Source: an uncultured Kiritimatiellota bacterium
Lineage (GTDB): Bacteria > Verrucomicrobiota > Kiritimatiellia > RFP12 > UBA1067
Direction: 5' to 3'
NCBI GenBank assembly: GCA_934635045.1
Contig: CAKTZA010000009.1
Location: forward strand, 4,738 to 68,737
DNA: 64,000 bases
Shown here piece by piece: positions 34,288-44,243 of the stretch; position 1 is the stretch's first letter; each line of letters starts with the position of its first letter. Below the pieces are notes generated by a model. That model saw nothing but the letters and a program-made list of their open reading frames with translations, searched no databases and had not been told where the DNA came from. The position numbers and the translations under genes were made by a program.

Positions 34288-37200
34288 TCACAAGTCCACA
34301 GCCTTGGACGGCCTGATCTCATCGGCGAAAAGGGAAACGAAGCCTGTCGCAAACGCATGGCAGCAACTTGCCTGCGGCGCGTCATGTTCCCACAGTGTTC
34401 CGGTTCGGCATGCCATGTCCGCATAGTAGGCAAGGGCTTCCTTTCGGGCGAGTTCGGGCATTCCCGCACGCGCAAGGCAGAGGAAGCGCAATTGCATACC
34501 GGGGAAGAGTCCGGCCTTCTTCAGAGAGCCGCGTTCGCCCCGCACCAGACGCCCCCAAAGTTCGGCGTCGCGGACAGAGTCTGCCGTACCCGTGAAGAAC
34601 GCATAGTACTGGCACGTCTCGGTCGCTTCAGGACGCACGGCAAGTGCGCCATCCTTCCCGCGCACCGCATGGTCGCGAAACTGTGCCCCGTCAAATGCCT
34701 GCGCACGGACAGCGGAACGGATCGCATCCGCACGACGGACGCAACGCTCCCATCCGTACAGTCGCCCGACCGCATCCAATGCGCCGGCATAGAGCATGTT
34801 CGCCGGATAGTTCACGTCCTGCACGTAGTCGTTGGACTCATCCCAGCCGACGAACACCCATGACGGAAGCTTTTCAAGAAGTCCATCTGCGTTGACATAT
34901 CCATCAAACCACTTCAACAGCTCCCTCACGCGTCCCTCCAGCAGCTTCGCCGTCTCGCGATCTCCGGTTCGGCGAACGTAGTCCTCAATCTCAAGGAGAA
35001 ACCAGAGCGCATACGTCGGAATGTAGAGGCCATCTGTATGATCCGACGGATAGCACATCGCCACCATGCCCTTCGGAAGATGCGGAAAACCCTGCGCAAG
35101 CGCATAGTCGCGCAAGAACGACCTCTCTACTGACGCATTGCCCGTCAGAAGCTGCAGACTTGGGCCCGAAAAATAGGAATCTCCCAGCCAGCCGGCGCGT
35201 TCGCGGCTCGGGCAGTCCATTGGCACGTCCGTCGCGCACTGCGCAAGCGTCCGGGCGGCCGCCGCCAAGACCTTGGCGGCCACGGGATCCGCCCCCACAT
35301 AGACGTTGTTGAAAGCCTCGGCATTCCGATAGCGGCGCACGACAGGCGCCTTCCACGTCGCCTTGCCGGAGCGCATCGCCAAGCGGGCAAACTTGAACGT
35401 CTGCGGCTCGAAGAACTCCAGCACATATCGCCCCGGGCGCCTGATGTCCCATATTGCGCCGGCCGCGATTTCGATGCGTAGCGGGTTCACGTCCCCATCG
35501 GGCGCGCGCATCTCATCCATGGCCACCATGAACCGCCCCGGCTCCGTACACGCCAGCTCGACCTGAAGGAATCCAGTGGTGTTATGATCTCCGGCATAGA
35601 GTTTCGCCTGAACCTTTCGCCCTGCCACGCCAGGCTTGGCCCTACGCCATTTTGCCAGTTCGTGCCAGACGTTCACCTCGCATTCCTCTGCCTTATACCC
35701 GCAGAAGACAGGTGGGGCTATATTTTCAAAGCAGCGCGTCTTGGGCAAAGGCGTCGATTCGTCGCAGACAATGTCGTAGGCATCGACCTCGACGAACGAC
35801 CTGTCGAGGCTGAAGTCGCAAGGCGGCACCTCCCGCGCGATGAAGCGCGGCGCGGCAACCGCCTCAAGTTCCCGCGACGGAGCCGGCGCACCGCCGATCA
35901 GGTACGCCTCCGAGAAGCCTCTCTGGAAACTGGCTCGCGGCGTCTTGACGATGCGTTCGGCCGCCCGCGCCGTCCAGTTCGTGCCGCCAGTCGCGGAAAG
36001 GACGCGTCCGTTTTGCACGATTTCCGCCGCGAGAAAAGGCGACTGGTTCATGTACACGAAGTTGTTGCACCGATACGCGTTCACTTCGATGCGCAGATGG
36101 TTTCGTCCGGCATTCAGCCGCACCGGAAGAGCATCGACACGCGCAAAGCCAGTCGGCGCGCGCGCAGGGCCGGCCGAGACAAACGTGCCGTTCAACTCGG
36201 CCTTGCAGCAGGACGCGGCCGCAATCCGCAACTCTGCCAGGCCATCCTCAGCCGTCAGTTCCGTCTCGAATGCGAACGTCTCGTTCATCGTGTCGCCCGC
36301 GCCCTTTGGCCACACCGCCTGTGCAGCAAGGAACAGGTCAGGCGCATTGAATTTCTTGTGGTTCAGGAACTCCCAGACGCGATCCAGCCACGTGTAGCTG
36401 CCCGTACCCGGTGCGGCGGCGTTCATGAAGCAGTGATCCCTCTTCGCCAGCGTATGCAGATCGCCCTGCACCCCCATGCGACGCAACTGTTCCCAGCACT
36501 TGACCGAATTCATCGCCGCCCATCCGTCCGCATCGCCGTGCAGGAACAGCATCGGACAGGTCGAAAGGTCGAAGGAGAACTCCGGCGCGAGACGCGCCGC
36601 ATCGTCATTGCCGCCCGTGCGATTCGGCTCGTCAAGACCGTCCGTCAGTGCATAGGCCGGATACAGCGCAATGCCCCACTGCACATTGCACGGAATAAGA
36701 TCTGTCTCATCGACCGGCCAATATGACTTGCGCCGAGAACTCGTCGCCCCCATGATCGTGAGATGTCCACCGGCGGACGCACCCATGATCCCAATGCGGT
36801 TCGGATCGAGGTGACGCGCCTCCGCTTCGCGGCGCACGACGCGGACTGCACGCTGAAGATCCTGCCAGGCGCTCGTATGCTTCGCGAGGCCTGTCGGACG
36901 CGGTGTGCGGTATTTGAGCGTCACGACCGTCATGCCCTTCTCGTTCAGGTAGCGTCGCGCCGACGTTACGCCATCCCAGGAATCCGGACGGTTATCGAAG
37001 TAGGCTCCGCCGGAATAGATGATCTGGATGCCCTTGGTGCGAGGCGTCTTCGGAAGATGCCATTCGAGATATGGAACGCACTGGTTCGTCTGTGCAGCCG
37101 GCATCTTGCCTTCTGGCCAAAGGGGCATCCGTTCGTAGCCACCCCGATCGGCATCATCCGGGAAACGCGCGGCAAGGCCGACCTCATCGCCGAGCCGTCC

Positions 37201-38190
37201 ATCGAAGTTCATCTGGCGGATGAACTCAAGCGCGCGGTCAAACCAGTGATCCCATGCCGTGCCGTCATCGCCACGGTTCATGTCGCCGTGAAACCCATGC
37301 CAGCGATCCGCGAAAAGATGCAGCTCGGCAGGTATCTTCATCCGGCGGAGCTGACGGTATATCTGCGTTGAACCCAAAGGGGAGAAATCGTCCGCCCCCC
37401 CGTGGAACAGGCACATCGGGCAGGTCTTGCCGTCAAACGCAAGCTCTTTCACGAGCGCGACGTCGGGCGCATCTCCCTCGCGGGCGTTCGGCACGCCCTC
37501 GCCGTCTGTCAGCACGTATGCCGCAGCCTGCGGCACGGCGAAGAGCAGGTTGCACGGCAAGGCATCGAGTTCGTCGACCGGGGCATACGCCGCCGTCTCC
37601 GACGATGTGGCCAGAAGGAGGACGAGCTTGGCGCCGGCCGATATTCCCGTGGCGCCGATCTTCTCCGGGCTGAAGCCCCACTTCGACGCATGCGCCCGCA
37701 TGAACCGTATGGCCCTCTGCGCATCTTCCCAGCCGGACTGGTGTATTGCAAGCCCCTTCGGACGAGGTGTACGGTACGTCAGGTTCGCGACCGTCACGCC
37801 CGCGCGGACGAATCTGTCAATGGCCGGCTGCAGGCGTTCCGCGTCACAGCAGGACGAGAAGCCGCCGCCCGAGACCATGAGCACGGCAAGGTCGGTTCGA
37901 TTGGACGGATTCGGCGCGTACCAGTCGATGTACGGTCGCCGAAAGTCCTCCGCGCGAAACATCTGGGCACGGGTCTCTTCCGCCTGCGCGGCGATCTGAT
38001 GCGGCTGCTCGTCCGGCATCTTGCCTTCGGGCCAGATGTATTCGCGCAGGACTGGCCTTGCCGAAGGCGTCAGCGGCCCGAACGACGCCCGGTCATCCGG
38101 CGAACCCCATGTCCCAAACGCCCAAGACGATGCCGCCGCCACAAGGCAGACGAGTGACACGGCACACTTTCGCACGCATTCAGCGTACAT
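34288..38190 (-). CDS. Tri-domain secreted enzyme: two alpha/beta-hydrolase (esterase) modules fused to a GH78-like alpha-L-rhamnosidase module
   Basis: Two GxSxG sites (GISAGAKL, GASAGGHL), each preceded by an LxxSGGG(F/A) block. C-terminal MDCPSRERAGWLGDSYF resembles the GH78 six-hairpin signature. Start at MYAEC (ATG 38190) behind GGAGAGGA. Confidence 0.55.
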   Translation of the reverse strand: MYAECVRKCAVSLVCLVAAASSWAFGTWGSPDDRASFGPLTPSARPVLREYIWPEGKMPDEQPHQIAAQAEETRAQMFRAEDFRRPYIDWYAPNPSNRTDLAVLMVSGGGFSSCCDAERLQPAIDRFVRAGVTVANLTYRTPRPKGLAIHQSGWEDAQRAIRFMRAHASKWGFSPEKIGATGISAGAKLVLLLATSSETAAYAPVDELDALPCNLLFAVPQAAAYVLTDGEGVPNAREGDAPDVALVKELAFDGKTCPMCLFHGGADDFSPLGSTQIYRQLRRMKIPAELHLFADRWHGFHGDMNRGDDGTAWDHWFDRALEFIRQMNFDGRLGDEVGLAARFPDDADRGGYERMPLWPEGKMPAAQTNQCVPYLEWHLPKTPRTKGIQIIYSGGAYFDNRPDSWDGVTSARRYLNEKGMTVVTLKYRTPRPTGLAKHTSAWQDLQRAVRVVRREAEARHLDPNRIGIMGASAGGHLTIMGATSSRRKSYWPVDETDLIPCNVQWGIALYPAYALTDGLDEPNRTGGNDDAARLAPEFSFDLSTCPMLFLHGDADGWAAMNSVKCWEQLRRMGVQGDLHTLAKRDHCFMNAAAPGTGSYTWLDRVWEFLNHKKFNAPDLFLAAQAVWPKGAGDTMNETFAFETELTAEDGLAELRIAAASCCKAELNGTFVSAGPARAPTGFARVDALPVRLNAGRNHLRIEVNAYRCNNFVYMNQSPFLAAEIVQNGRVLSATGGTNWTARAAERIVKTPRASFQRGFSEAYLIGGAPAPSRELEAVAAPRFIAREVPPCDFSLDRSFVEVDAYDIVCDESTPLPKTRCFENIAPPVFCGYKAEECEVNVWHELAKWRRAKPGVAGRKVQAKLYAGDHNTTGFLQVELACTEPGRFMVAMDEMRAPDGDVNPLRIEIAAGAIWDIRRPGRYVLEFFEPQTFKFARLAMRSGKATWKAPVVRRYRNAEAFNNVYVGADPVAAKVLAAAARTLAQCATDVPMDCPSRERAGWLGDSYFSGPSLQLLTGNASVERSFLRDYALAQGFPHLPKGMVAMCYPSDHTDGLYIPTYALWFLLEIEDYVRRTGDRETAKLLEGRVRELLKWFDGYVNADGLLEKLPSWVFVGWDESNDYVQDVNYPANMLYAGALDAVGRLYGWERCVRRADAIRSAVRAQAFDGAQFRDHAVRGKDGALAVRPEATETCQYYAFFTGTADSVRDAELWGRLVRGERGSLKKAGLFPGMQLRFLCLARAGMPELARKEALAYYADMACRTGTLWEHDAPQASCCHAFATGFVSLFADEIRPSKAVDL

Positions 38191-40216
38191 ACGTGATCCT
38201 CTCCCCATCTGCTTCAATGAATGGCACGCCCTCCTCCGGCATTCCGGCCTTCACGCCGAGCCCCTCAATCCACCAGCCATAGGGCGCCAGGCGATGCCCG
38301 TCAATCGTCCGAGGCACATCGCCAAGGTTCACGAGGAAGCGCACGCCACCGTATGTCGCCACAACGGTTCCGTCGTCGGACGGCGTGGCCGGATCAATGC
38401 CACGCGCGAACAGGGGTGATCTGTCGTGTACAAACTCCGTGACACGGCCACCAACAGTCCGTGAAAGCACACGGGACTGTAGGGCGTGCAACCAGGCATA
38501 CCAGCGCCGAATACGCTTATCCTTCGTCAGCTCATCTGCCTTGTACGCCACGACAATGTTGTAGCCGAGCGCAAGAACCCACGCGAGGACACGCTCGTTC
38601 CTGGTGAAACCCGCGAGATCATGATGGTAGAAAAGGAGCTTGTCTCGGAAGAGGCGCTGGGCCACAGGTTCGAGAACCCACGTGTCAGCGGGGAAACGCT
38701 TTTCCTTGTGCAGTTTCCGTCCGACCATGTCCTCAAGCGGAACAGTCCCCCAGGCGCAGCCGGTCAGTCCGAGTTCTGAATCCGCCACCATGTCAAAGCC
38801 GTCCTCCGTGAAGAGCGGCATGTGGCGGCTGTCCTCCTCTACAATGGAAATCATACCCTCCTCATGCGCCGTGACGGACGGGGAATGCGGGCTGAAGTCG
38901 CGAAACCACGGCAGGGAACCGCACTGATCCTGAAACAGGATGTCAGAGCCATAGGTCTCGCGCGCTTCACGCCGGGTGGCGCGGTTCGCCGCCTGCACGA
39001 CCGGATGCCAGTACGTGATGTTGTAGCCCTTGTGCGGCCCGTACCTGAGCGTAATCGGGCTGCCGTCGCGCTTTCTGGCGATCGGCTCCATGCCGGCCTT
39101 CTTGAACACCTCCGACTTAAAGGGTTCGGAACCCCACCAGCATGGATTCGTGTACGGCATGAACAGTCCGCCACGGGCATGGATGGCCGCCACCATGTTC
39201 TTGAAGTCGTCGGAGCTGCCAAACGTCTTCCGGGGCGGGAAGAAATCGGGATATGCGTTGTCGAAGCCATGCGGCATGTAGTCGTGGATATGGACGAGCG
39301 TCGGCATCGGCAAGTCCTCGGCAAGTGAGGTAATCCGCTTCGCGTCGGCAGCGAGGACGAGCAACAGCGGAGAGGCGGCAAGCTTGCGCAGAAACGCCGT
39401 CCCGTCACGCGGCGGCAGTTTCGACGACAGCGAACGGCCGAGGCCATTTTCCTTCAGGTACGCCGCGAGGGACGAATCGACGGTTCCGCCCTCGACGATC
39501 CGCACCACTGGCGTCTCGACCGATTCGCCGGGCTTCAGCCAGTACGCCGATGCATGCGAATAGTATCCGCCACGGCTATCGCCAGCCACAGTCGCCGATC
39601 CCGGAACGAACGGATGCGGATTCTTCCACGGCGCAAAATACCCGCGACGCTGGACGCCATAGACCTGGAGGGACGCGCCGGATTTCGTCTCCAGACGCGC
39701 CCAGTCCGCAAAGAGCGGCGGGTAGGGGACGGAGTAGTTGCACTTGGACGTGAAGAATTTCTCGTTGAGCGCCATGCCCGTCGTCTCGTTGCCGCGACCC
39801 GGGTAGACGAACCTCGCCACATCGGCTGGACGAAAGCGCAGGTTCGCAGGGAAGTGGAATTCCTCGACGATGCCCTTCTTCGCCGTCAAGCGGGCTTTCA
39901 TCGTCAAGGATCCGTCGCGCGGACGCACCGTCGTTACCGTGACATCCAAGACGGGAGACGACCATTTCGAGACAACCGTATCGCCGCGTCGCGTCTCTGT
40001 GAATCGTCCGCCGATGCGGTCCTCCCGTTCGACCTGCGCCGCAGAAAGCCTATTCGTCTCGGCGAACTTCACGCGCCACAGGCCGTGTTCGCCGGATTCA
40101 AGATAGGTCTTTCCATGGACATCACGGGCCACGATACGCCCCTTCTCGCACCGCACCTCGCCCATGGCGGGCAAAAGCGTGCAAGCAACCGCCGAAAACG
40201 CAAGCAAAGCTCTCAT
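38180..40216 (-). CDS. Hypothetical secreted protein, possibly a glycoside hydrolase
   Basis: Start MRALLAFSAVACTLLPAMG (signal peptide) behind GGGAGG. 678 aa, embedded in the glycan cluster. I cannot assign a family. Confidence 0.35.
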   Translation of the reverse strand: MRALLAFSAVACTLLPAMGEVRCEKGRIVARDVHGKTYLESGEHGLWRVKFAETNRLSAAQVEREDRIGGRFTETRRGDTVVSKWSSPVLDVTVTTVRPRDGSLTMKARLTAKKGIVEEFHFPANLRFRPADVARFVYPGRGNETTGMALNEKFFTSKCNYSVPYPPLFADWARLETKSGASLQVYGVQRRGYFAPWKNPHPFVPGSATVAGDSRGGYYSHASAYWLKPGESVETPVVRIVEGGTVDSSLAAYLKENGLGRSLSSKLPPRDGTAFLRKLAASPLLLVLAADAKRITSLAEDLPMPTLVHIHDYMPHGFDNAYPDFFPPRKTFGSSDDFKNMVAAIHARGGLFMPYTNPCWWGSEPFKSEVFKKAGMEPIARKRDGSPITLRYGPHKGYNITYWHPVVQAANRATRREARETYGSDILFQDQCGSLPWFRDFSPHSPSVTAHEEGMISIVEEDSRHMPLFTEDGFDMVADSELGLTGCAWGTVPLEDMVGRKLHKEKRFPADTWVLEPVAQRLFRDKLLFYHHDLAGFTRNERVLAWVLALGYNIVVAYKADELTKDKRIRRWYAWLHALQSRVLSRTVGGRVTEFVHDRSPLFARGIDPATPSDDGTVVATYGGVRFLVNLGDVPRTIDGHRLAPYGWWIEGLGVKAGMPEEGVPFIEADGERITYVR

Positions 40217-40248
40217 CCGCCCCTCCCAGCTTTCAGGTATCACGCCAT

Positions 40249-41784
40249 TCAGGCCAACTTCATCCAGTTAGACGCGACGGAACGCCCTTCATTCCCCCAG
40301 CAGTCTGCCGGCGTGACAACGAACCGCACGCTCCGGTTGCGAGGTATCACGTCACCGAAAAACGCACACGTGCACGGCCCCTTCTCACGAGACTCGGCCT
40401 GCATGCCATCCGGCGGGAAAACCCGGCTCTCGGCTGCCGTCCGCACCGTATCCGCATCGCGCACCTCGCAGCGAACGCCAAAATCGTAGGCCCGTATCGG
40501 CGAACCGGCAAGCGTCGTGACGGGCGGGAACGAAACCACGACCTGCTCGCGCGGCGTCTTGTCGTCACTGTAGCCGTCCTTCGCCCGGCGATGTCCATCC
40601 TTCACGCGCTTGGCCGTCACCTTCGCGCCCGGCGCGAACTGGGGAGGCGTGGCCTTCGCAGCCTCGGCGCGGCGGCGGAAGTCGAACGTCGCCACGCCCT
40701 GCGGCGGAACCGTGCGCCCGCCGTAGAGAGGAATAATCCAGTCCGGTCCAAGCGACTGGTCGTGCGTCCACTCGCGCCGCTCGAATACGATGCGGTCTCC
40801 GTAGACCGACATCAGCATACCCTGCCGGACGCTGTGCACGTCCACCTTCGGCATCTCCTGCGGCGGCGTGCGGTTGAAGTCGGCGCAGTTGAAGCCGTTT
40901 TCCCTGCCCGGAACGGTGAACTCGTGCCCACGTGCACAGGAACATCCGACCGAGGTGAACTCACCCTGCCAAACGCACTTCTCGTCCGTCAGCGACTGGT
41001 GCTCGTGCCCCGTGAGCGCAAGGCAGTTGGGATAGCCGTTCAGGGCCTTTCGCGTCAGGCCCCTGTCAAAGGACTTGATCCACTTTTCGCCGCGCAGGAG
41101 CCACGTTGCGTATGTCGTGTCCTCCACGTACTCGTGCTGGACGTAGAAGAACGGACGATCCTTGGGGAGATCGAGCGTGGGCAGGAACTCCGGCAGCGGC
41201 GTACGCTCGTTTTTGAAGCCCTTGGCGTACTTATGGCCCTGTTCGTCCCCCAAGATGCTCATCCAGTTGCGCAGGATGAACGTGTACCCCTTCACGGTCT
41301 TCGCGCGGATCGGCTTGTAGTCCTCCCCAAAGCAGCTCTGCCACACTTCCTGTTTGCGCCAATGGAACGCTTCGGCCTTCGACTCGTCGAATGTTTTGAA
41401 CCAGCTTCCGGCAAATGCGTCCTCATCGTGGTTCCCTGTCACGAAAAGCTTTTCGATGCGGACGCCATCCGAACGGCGATCGTCTGGGAAAACCTTCCGC
41501 CAGGTACGCGCCACGGACTCGAACTCGCACCTGCGGCTCGTGGTCGTGAGGTCACCGGCGATCAGCACGGCATCGACCTTGCGGCTGTCGTAGAAGCGCA
41601 GCGCCTTCTCGAAGAAATTGGCGTTGTCGTCCCGCGTGATGTGGATGTCCGAAAGAACCCCCACGATCAGGTTGGGCCTTGCGCCCTTCGGCAAGGAGGC
41701 CAACGCCGTGTGCGCCGTCTTCGACATGGCAGACGGCACCAGCGCCGCCCCTGTCGCACCCAAAAGAAACTCGCGTCGATTCAT
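40249..41784 (-). CDS. Tat-exported calcineurin-like metallophosphoesterase
   Basis: MNRREFLLGATGAAL (twin-arginine signal). GVLSDIHIT, AGDLTT, VTGNHD, LTGHEH metallophosphoesterase blocks. Confidence 0.7.
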   Translation of the reverse strand: MNRREFLLGATGAALVPSAMSKTAHTALASLPKGARPNLIVGVLSDIHITRDDNANFFEKALRFYDSRKVDAVLIAGDLTTTSRRCEFESVARTWRKVFPDDRRSDGVRIEKLFVTGNHDEDAFAGSWFKTFDESKAEAFHWRKQEVWQSCFGEDYKPIRAKTVKGYTFILRNWMSILGDEQGHKYAKGFKNERTPLPEFLPTLDLPKDRPFFYVQHEYVEDTTYATWLLRGEKWIKSFDRGLTRKALNGYPNCLALTGHEHQSLTDEKCVWQGEFTSVGCSCARGHEFTVPGRENGFNCADFNRTPPQEMPKVDVHSVRQGMLMSVYGDRIVFERREWTHDQSLGPDWIIPLYGGRTVPPQGVATFDFRRRAEAAKATPPQFAPGAKVTAKRVKDGHRRAKDGYSDDKTPREQVVVSFPPVTTLAGSPIRAYDFGVRCEVRDADTVRTAAESRVFPPDGMQAESREKGPCTCAFFGDVIPRNRSVRFVVTPADCWGNEGRSVASNWMKLA

Positions 41785-41812
41785 CTCTATTCCTCTTTTT
41801 CTTTGTTTTTGG

Positions 41813-44110
41813 TTAACGAATAATCAGGCAGAAGCCAGTACCCAAAATCACCGAACCAAGACCTTCCACCCAGTCGCAGTCCAAGGCCGTCCACGTGCCG
41901 CGCCGGAAGGTCTCCCCCGACACGGTCGCACTGCGGAAAAAGGCCGCTACCCCCGGTGCCACAGACAGTCTCGCGCCTCGTGAAAGTCTTGCGCGCGTTC
42001 CGCTCGTGACCTTGTCGTTGCGGTCGATGCCGAAATCCACGGCATCAAGCGACAGGATGGAATCTGTCGGCAACGACAGCACACCGTCCGTCACAATCCC
42101 GAACCGAAGGTCTGACGCATAGGCGACTTCAAGGCCATCGATCAAAACAGATGTCGTGCGACCGCCGGTGGCAGAGGTGAACGCAAGGTAGGCCTTTTCG
42201 CTACCGCAGATTTCCGTAAGATCCACCCCCGTCCACATGCGGGTAAACACGACAGGCTCAACCTTGTCGTCCTGCTCCTGCTTGAGCGTAAGCGTCACAG
42301 TCTTTGCGACCGTATCGCTTTCAAGCGCAAAGTCAAAGGTGCGCGTCAGCAGGATGTCCTTGCCGTTCGCATCCTTCTCCCCCGCATACGTGTTGAAGTA
42401 GATCATCGGGTCTGTGATGTAGCGGTTGTCCGGGTTCTTCTTGTCAAAGGCGTCCTCCCATCGGCCGTTTCTCCCGAAGCGGTATTGTCCCATGTGATCC
42501 CATGTTGTATAGTTGACGAAGCCGATGGCCAAGCTGTTCGTGATCGCGGCGGATGCGTTTGTCGCCGAATGGTAGCCCAAGTCACTGCTCACGTTCCATT
42601 CGCCGCAAGCCGAAAAGCCGCGCGGATCGTTATGAAGGACGAGCGCAAAGCCCCATGCGCCCGAACCGGTCATCGTCGCCCGACCGGAAACCCTCATCCG
42701 TCCGGCAATCGCGATTGGACGCTTTCGCGCTGTCAGGGACACGTTTTCTCTGGTCGCGCTCCCGACCCTTAGGCCAATCGTGCCATCCGCATTCTGCTGG
42801 TAAGGGGATTCAGATGCGGCGGCGACAGAATCGCCGTTGGCATTGAAGCGATCATAATGCCAAAGTCCGTTCGCGGCATCGGACGGCACCGACACCGCAT
42901 TCGGCAGGCTTGAAAACGAGATGTCACCATCCGATGAACAGACGCCAAGGTTCAACACCTGATCGTTGGAATCGAGGTTCACGAGAGACACGTCCGTCTG
43001 TGGCGCAGTGAAACGAACCGTGCCCGCCAGGCGATTGGTCGCAAATGGAGAGTTCGACGAGACAATGATTTCCGGCGATGCAGTCGTGACGACAAGCGAC
43101 TTCAGGAATGTGTCATCCTGTCCGTCATTGATTCTGAGATTGGAAATCGTTCCGTACGTCGTGCGTCCGCCCGAATCCGTCGTGAACGCAAGGTACGCCG
43201 TGTTGCCCTCGCAGATCTCCGTCAAGTCCGTGTTCTCCAGCGTACGCGTAAAGACGACATCCGCGCCGTCCTGTTCCTGTGTGAGCGTCAGCGTCACCGT
43301 CTTCGCGGACGTGTCGCTCGCAAGCACGAAATCAAACACCCGCGTAGAGGCGACCTCGGGCGTCACCGTGGTGTCAGCCGTGTTGAAGAAAATCATCGGG
43401 TCTGTCGTCGCCGTCTCCGTCCAATTGCCGTTTCGTCCAATCCTGTAGCGGCCAAAGTAGTCCTTCTTGTGGAAATTGACGAAGCCGACGGCAAAGCTCT
43501 TCAGGATTGGATCGGTCGTCTGGGCATAGCACAGCCCCTCGTTGCCGGCTTGCGTCCCCTTCGCCTCGTAGCCGCGCAGATCGTTGTGGAGAACAATCGC
43601 AAGCCCCCAAGCGCCGGTGCCGGACAGCGTTACGCGCCCGGAGATCGACATCTTGCCATCGAGCCGCACCGGCACCTTGCGAGACGTGACCGTCGAGCCC
43701 CAGCTTGTGTTTGTGCCGACGGCAAGCGCCCCTCCGCCAAGATCAAAAGGATCGCCCGTCTCGGTTCTGATTGACTGGGTCACGTTCCCGACCTTAATCG
43801 CAGTCTCGGCCCGATAATACCAGTCTTCAGGCACCTCCCTCGCACACATAAGCTCCAGAGAACCGGCCTCGTAGACAAGGTCAAGGTCACGCGCCGCAGT
43901 CCTCGTCAGCGCAAGCCGCCCCTCGCCTCTCTTGTGGACGGTCTCGCCCGCAAGCGCAGAAAAATCCGAGGCCGTCGGCCTTGCACACGCTCCGGCAGGG
44001 ACGTTCACGGCCCATGTGTCACCCTCCTTTTCCACAATTTGCGCAAACAGAAGCAGACACGGAAAAAGAGCCGTGACCAGGCTGACGACCGCCTTTTTAC
44101 TGTTGAACAT
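41813..44110 (-). CDS. Secreted protein with two tandem L-type-lectin/ConA-like domains and C-terminal ...CLIIR tail
   Basis: Internal duplication: SGTGAWGLAIVLHNDLRGY...FVNFHKK...RYRIGRNGNW...AYLAFTTDSGGRTT versus SGSGAWGFALVLHNDPRGF...FVNYTTW...QYRFGRNGRW...AYLAFTSATGGRTT. Start ATG 44110. Confidence 0.55.
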   Translation of the reverse strand: MFNSKKAVVSLVTALFPCLLLFAQIVEKEGDTWAVNVPAGACARPTASDFSALAGETVHKRGEGRLALTRTAARDLDLVYEAGSLELMCAREVPEDWYYRAETAIKVGNVTQSIRTETGDPFDLGGGALAVGTNTSWGSTVTSRKVPVRLDGKMSISGRVTLSGTGAWGLAIVLHNDLRGYEAKGTQAGNEGLCYAQTTDPILKSFAVGFVNFHKKDYFGRYRIGRNGNWTETATTDPMIFFNTADTTVTPEVASTRVFDFVLASDTSAKTVTLTLTQEQDGADVVFTRTLENTDLTEICEGNTAYLAFTTDSGGRTTYGTISNLRINDGQDDTFLKSLVVTTASPEIIVSSNSPFATNRLAGTVRFTAPQTDVSLVNLDSNDQVLNLGVCSSDGDISFSSLPNAVSVPSDAANGLWHYDRFNANGDSVAAASESPYQQNADGTIGLRVGSATRENVSLTARKRPIAIAGRMRVSGRATMTGSGAWGFALVLHNDPRGFSACGEWNVSSDLGYHSATNASAAITNSLAIGFVNYTTWDHMGQYRFGRNGRWEDAFDKKNPDNRYITDPMIYFNTYAGEKDANGKDILLTRTFDFALESDTVAKTVTLTLKQEQDDKVEPVVFTRMWTGVDLTEICGSEKAYLAFTSATGGRTTSVLIDGLEVAYASDLRFGIVTDGVLSLPTDSILSLDAVDFGIDRNDKVTSGTRARLSRGARLSVAPGVAAFFRSATVSGETFRRGTWTALDCDWVEGLGSVILGTGFCLIIR

Positions 44111-44166
44111 ACACACCTCTTATGGTTTGAACAATTATTGGACAGTGCCTCTTCAAAGGCATTTGA

Positions 44167-44175
44167 ATTATACCA
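44167..44175 (-). promoter_or_regulatory. Extended -10 box TGGTATAAT upstream of the lectin-like protein gene
   Basis: Minus strand: TTTGGTATAATtcaaatg...AAGAGGTGTGTATG. Confidence 0.5.
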
Positions 44176-44243
44176 AATTCGGTCACGCAAAAGAGAACAG
44201 TCTGTCCGACGAAAAGCAAACAAATTGTCCGGCAATCCGAAGC

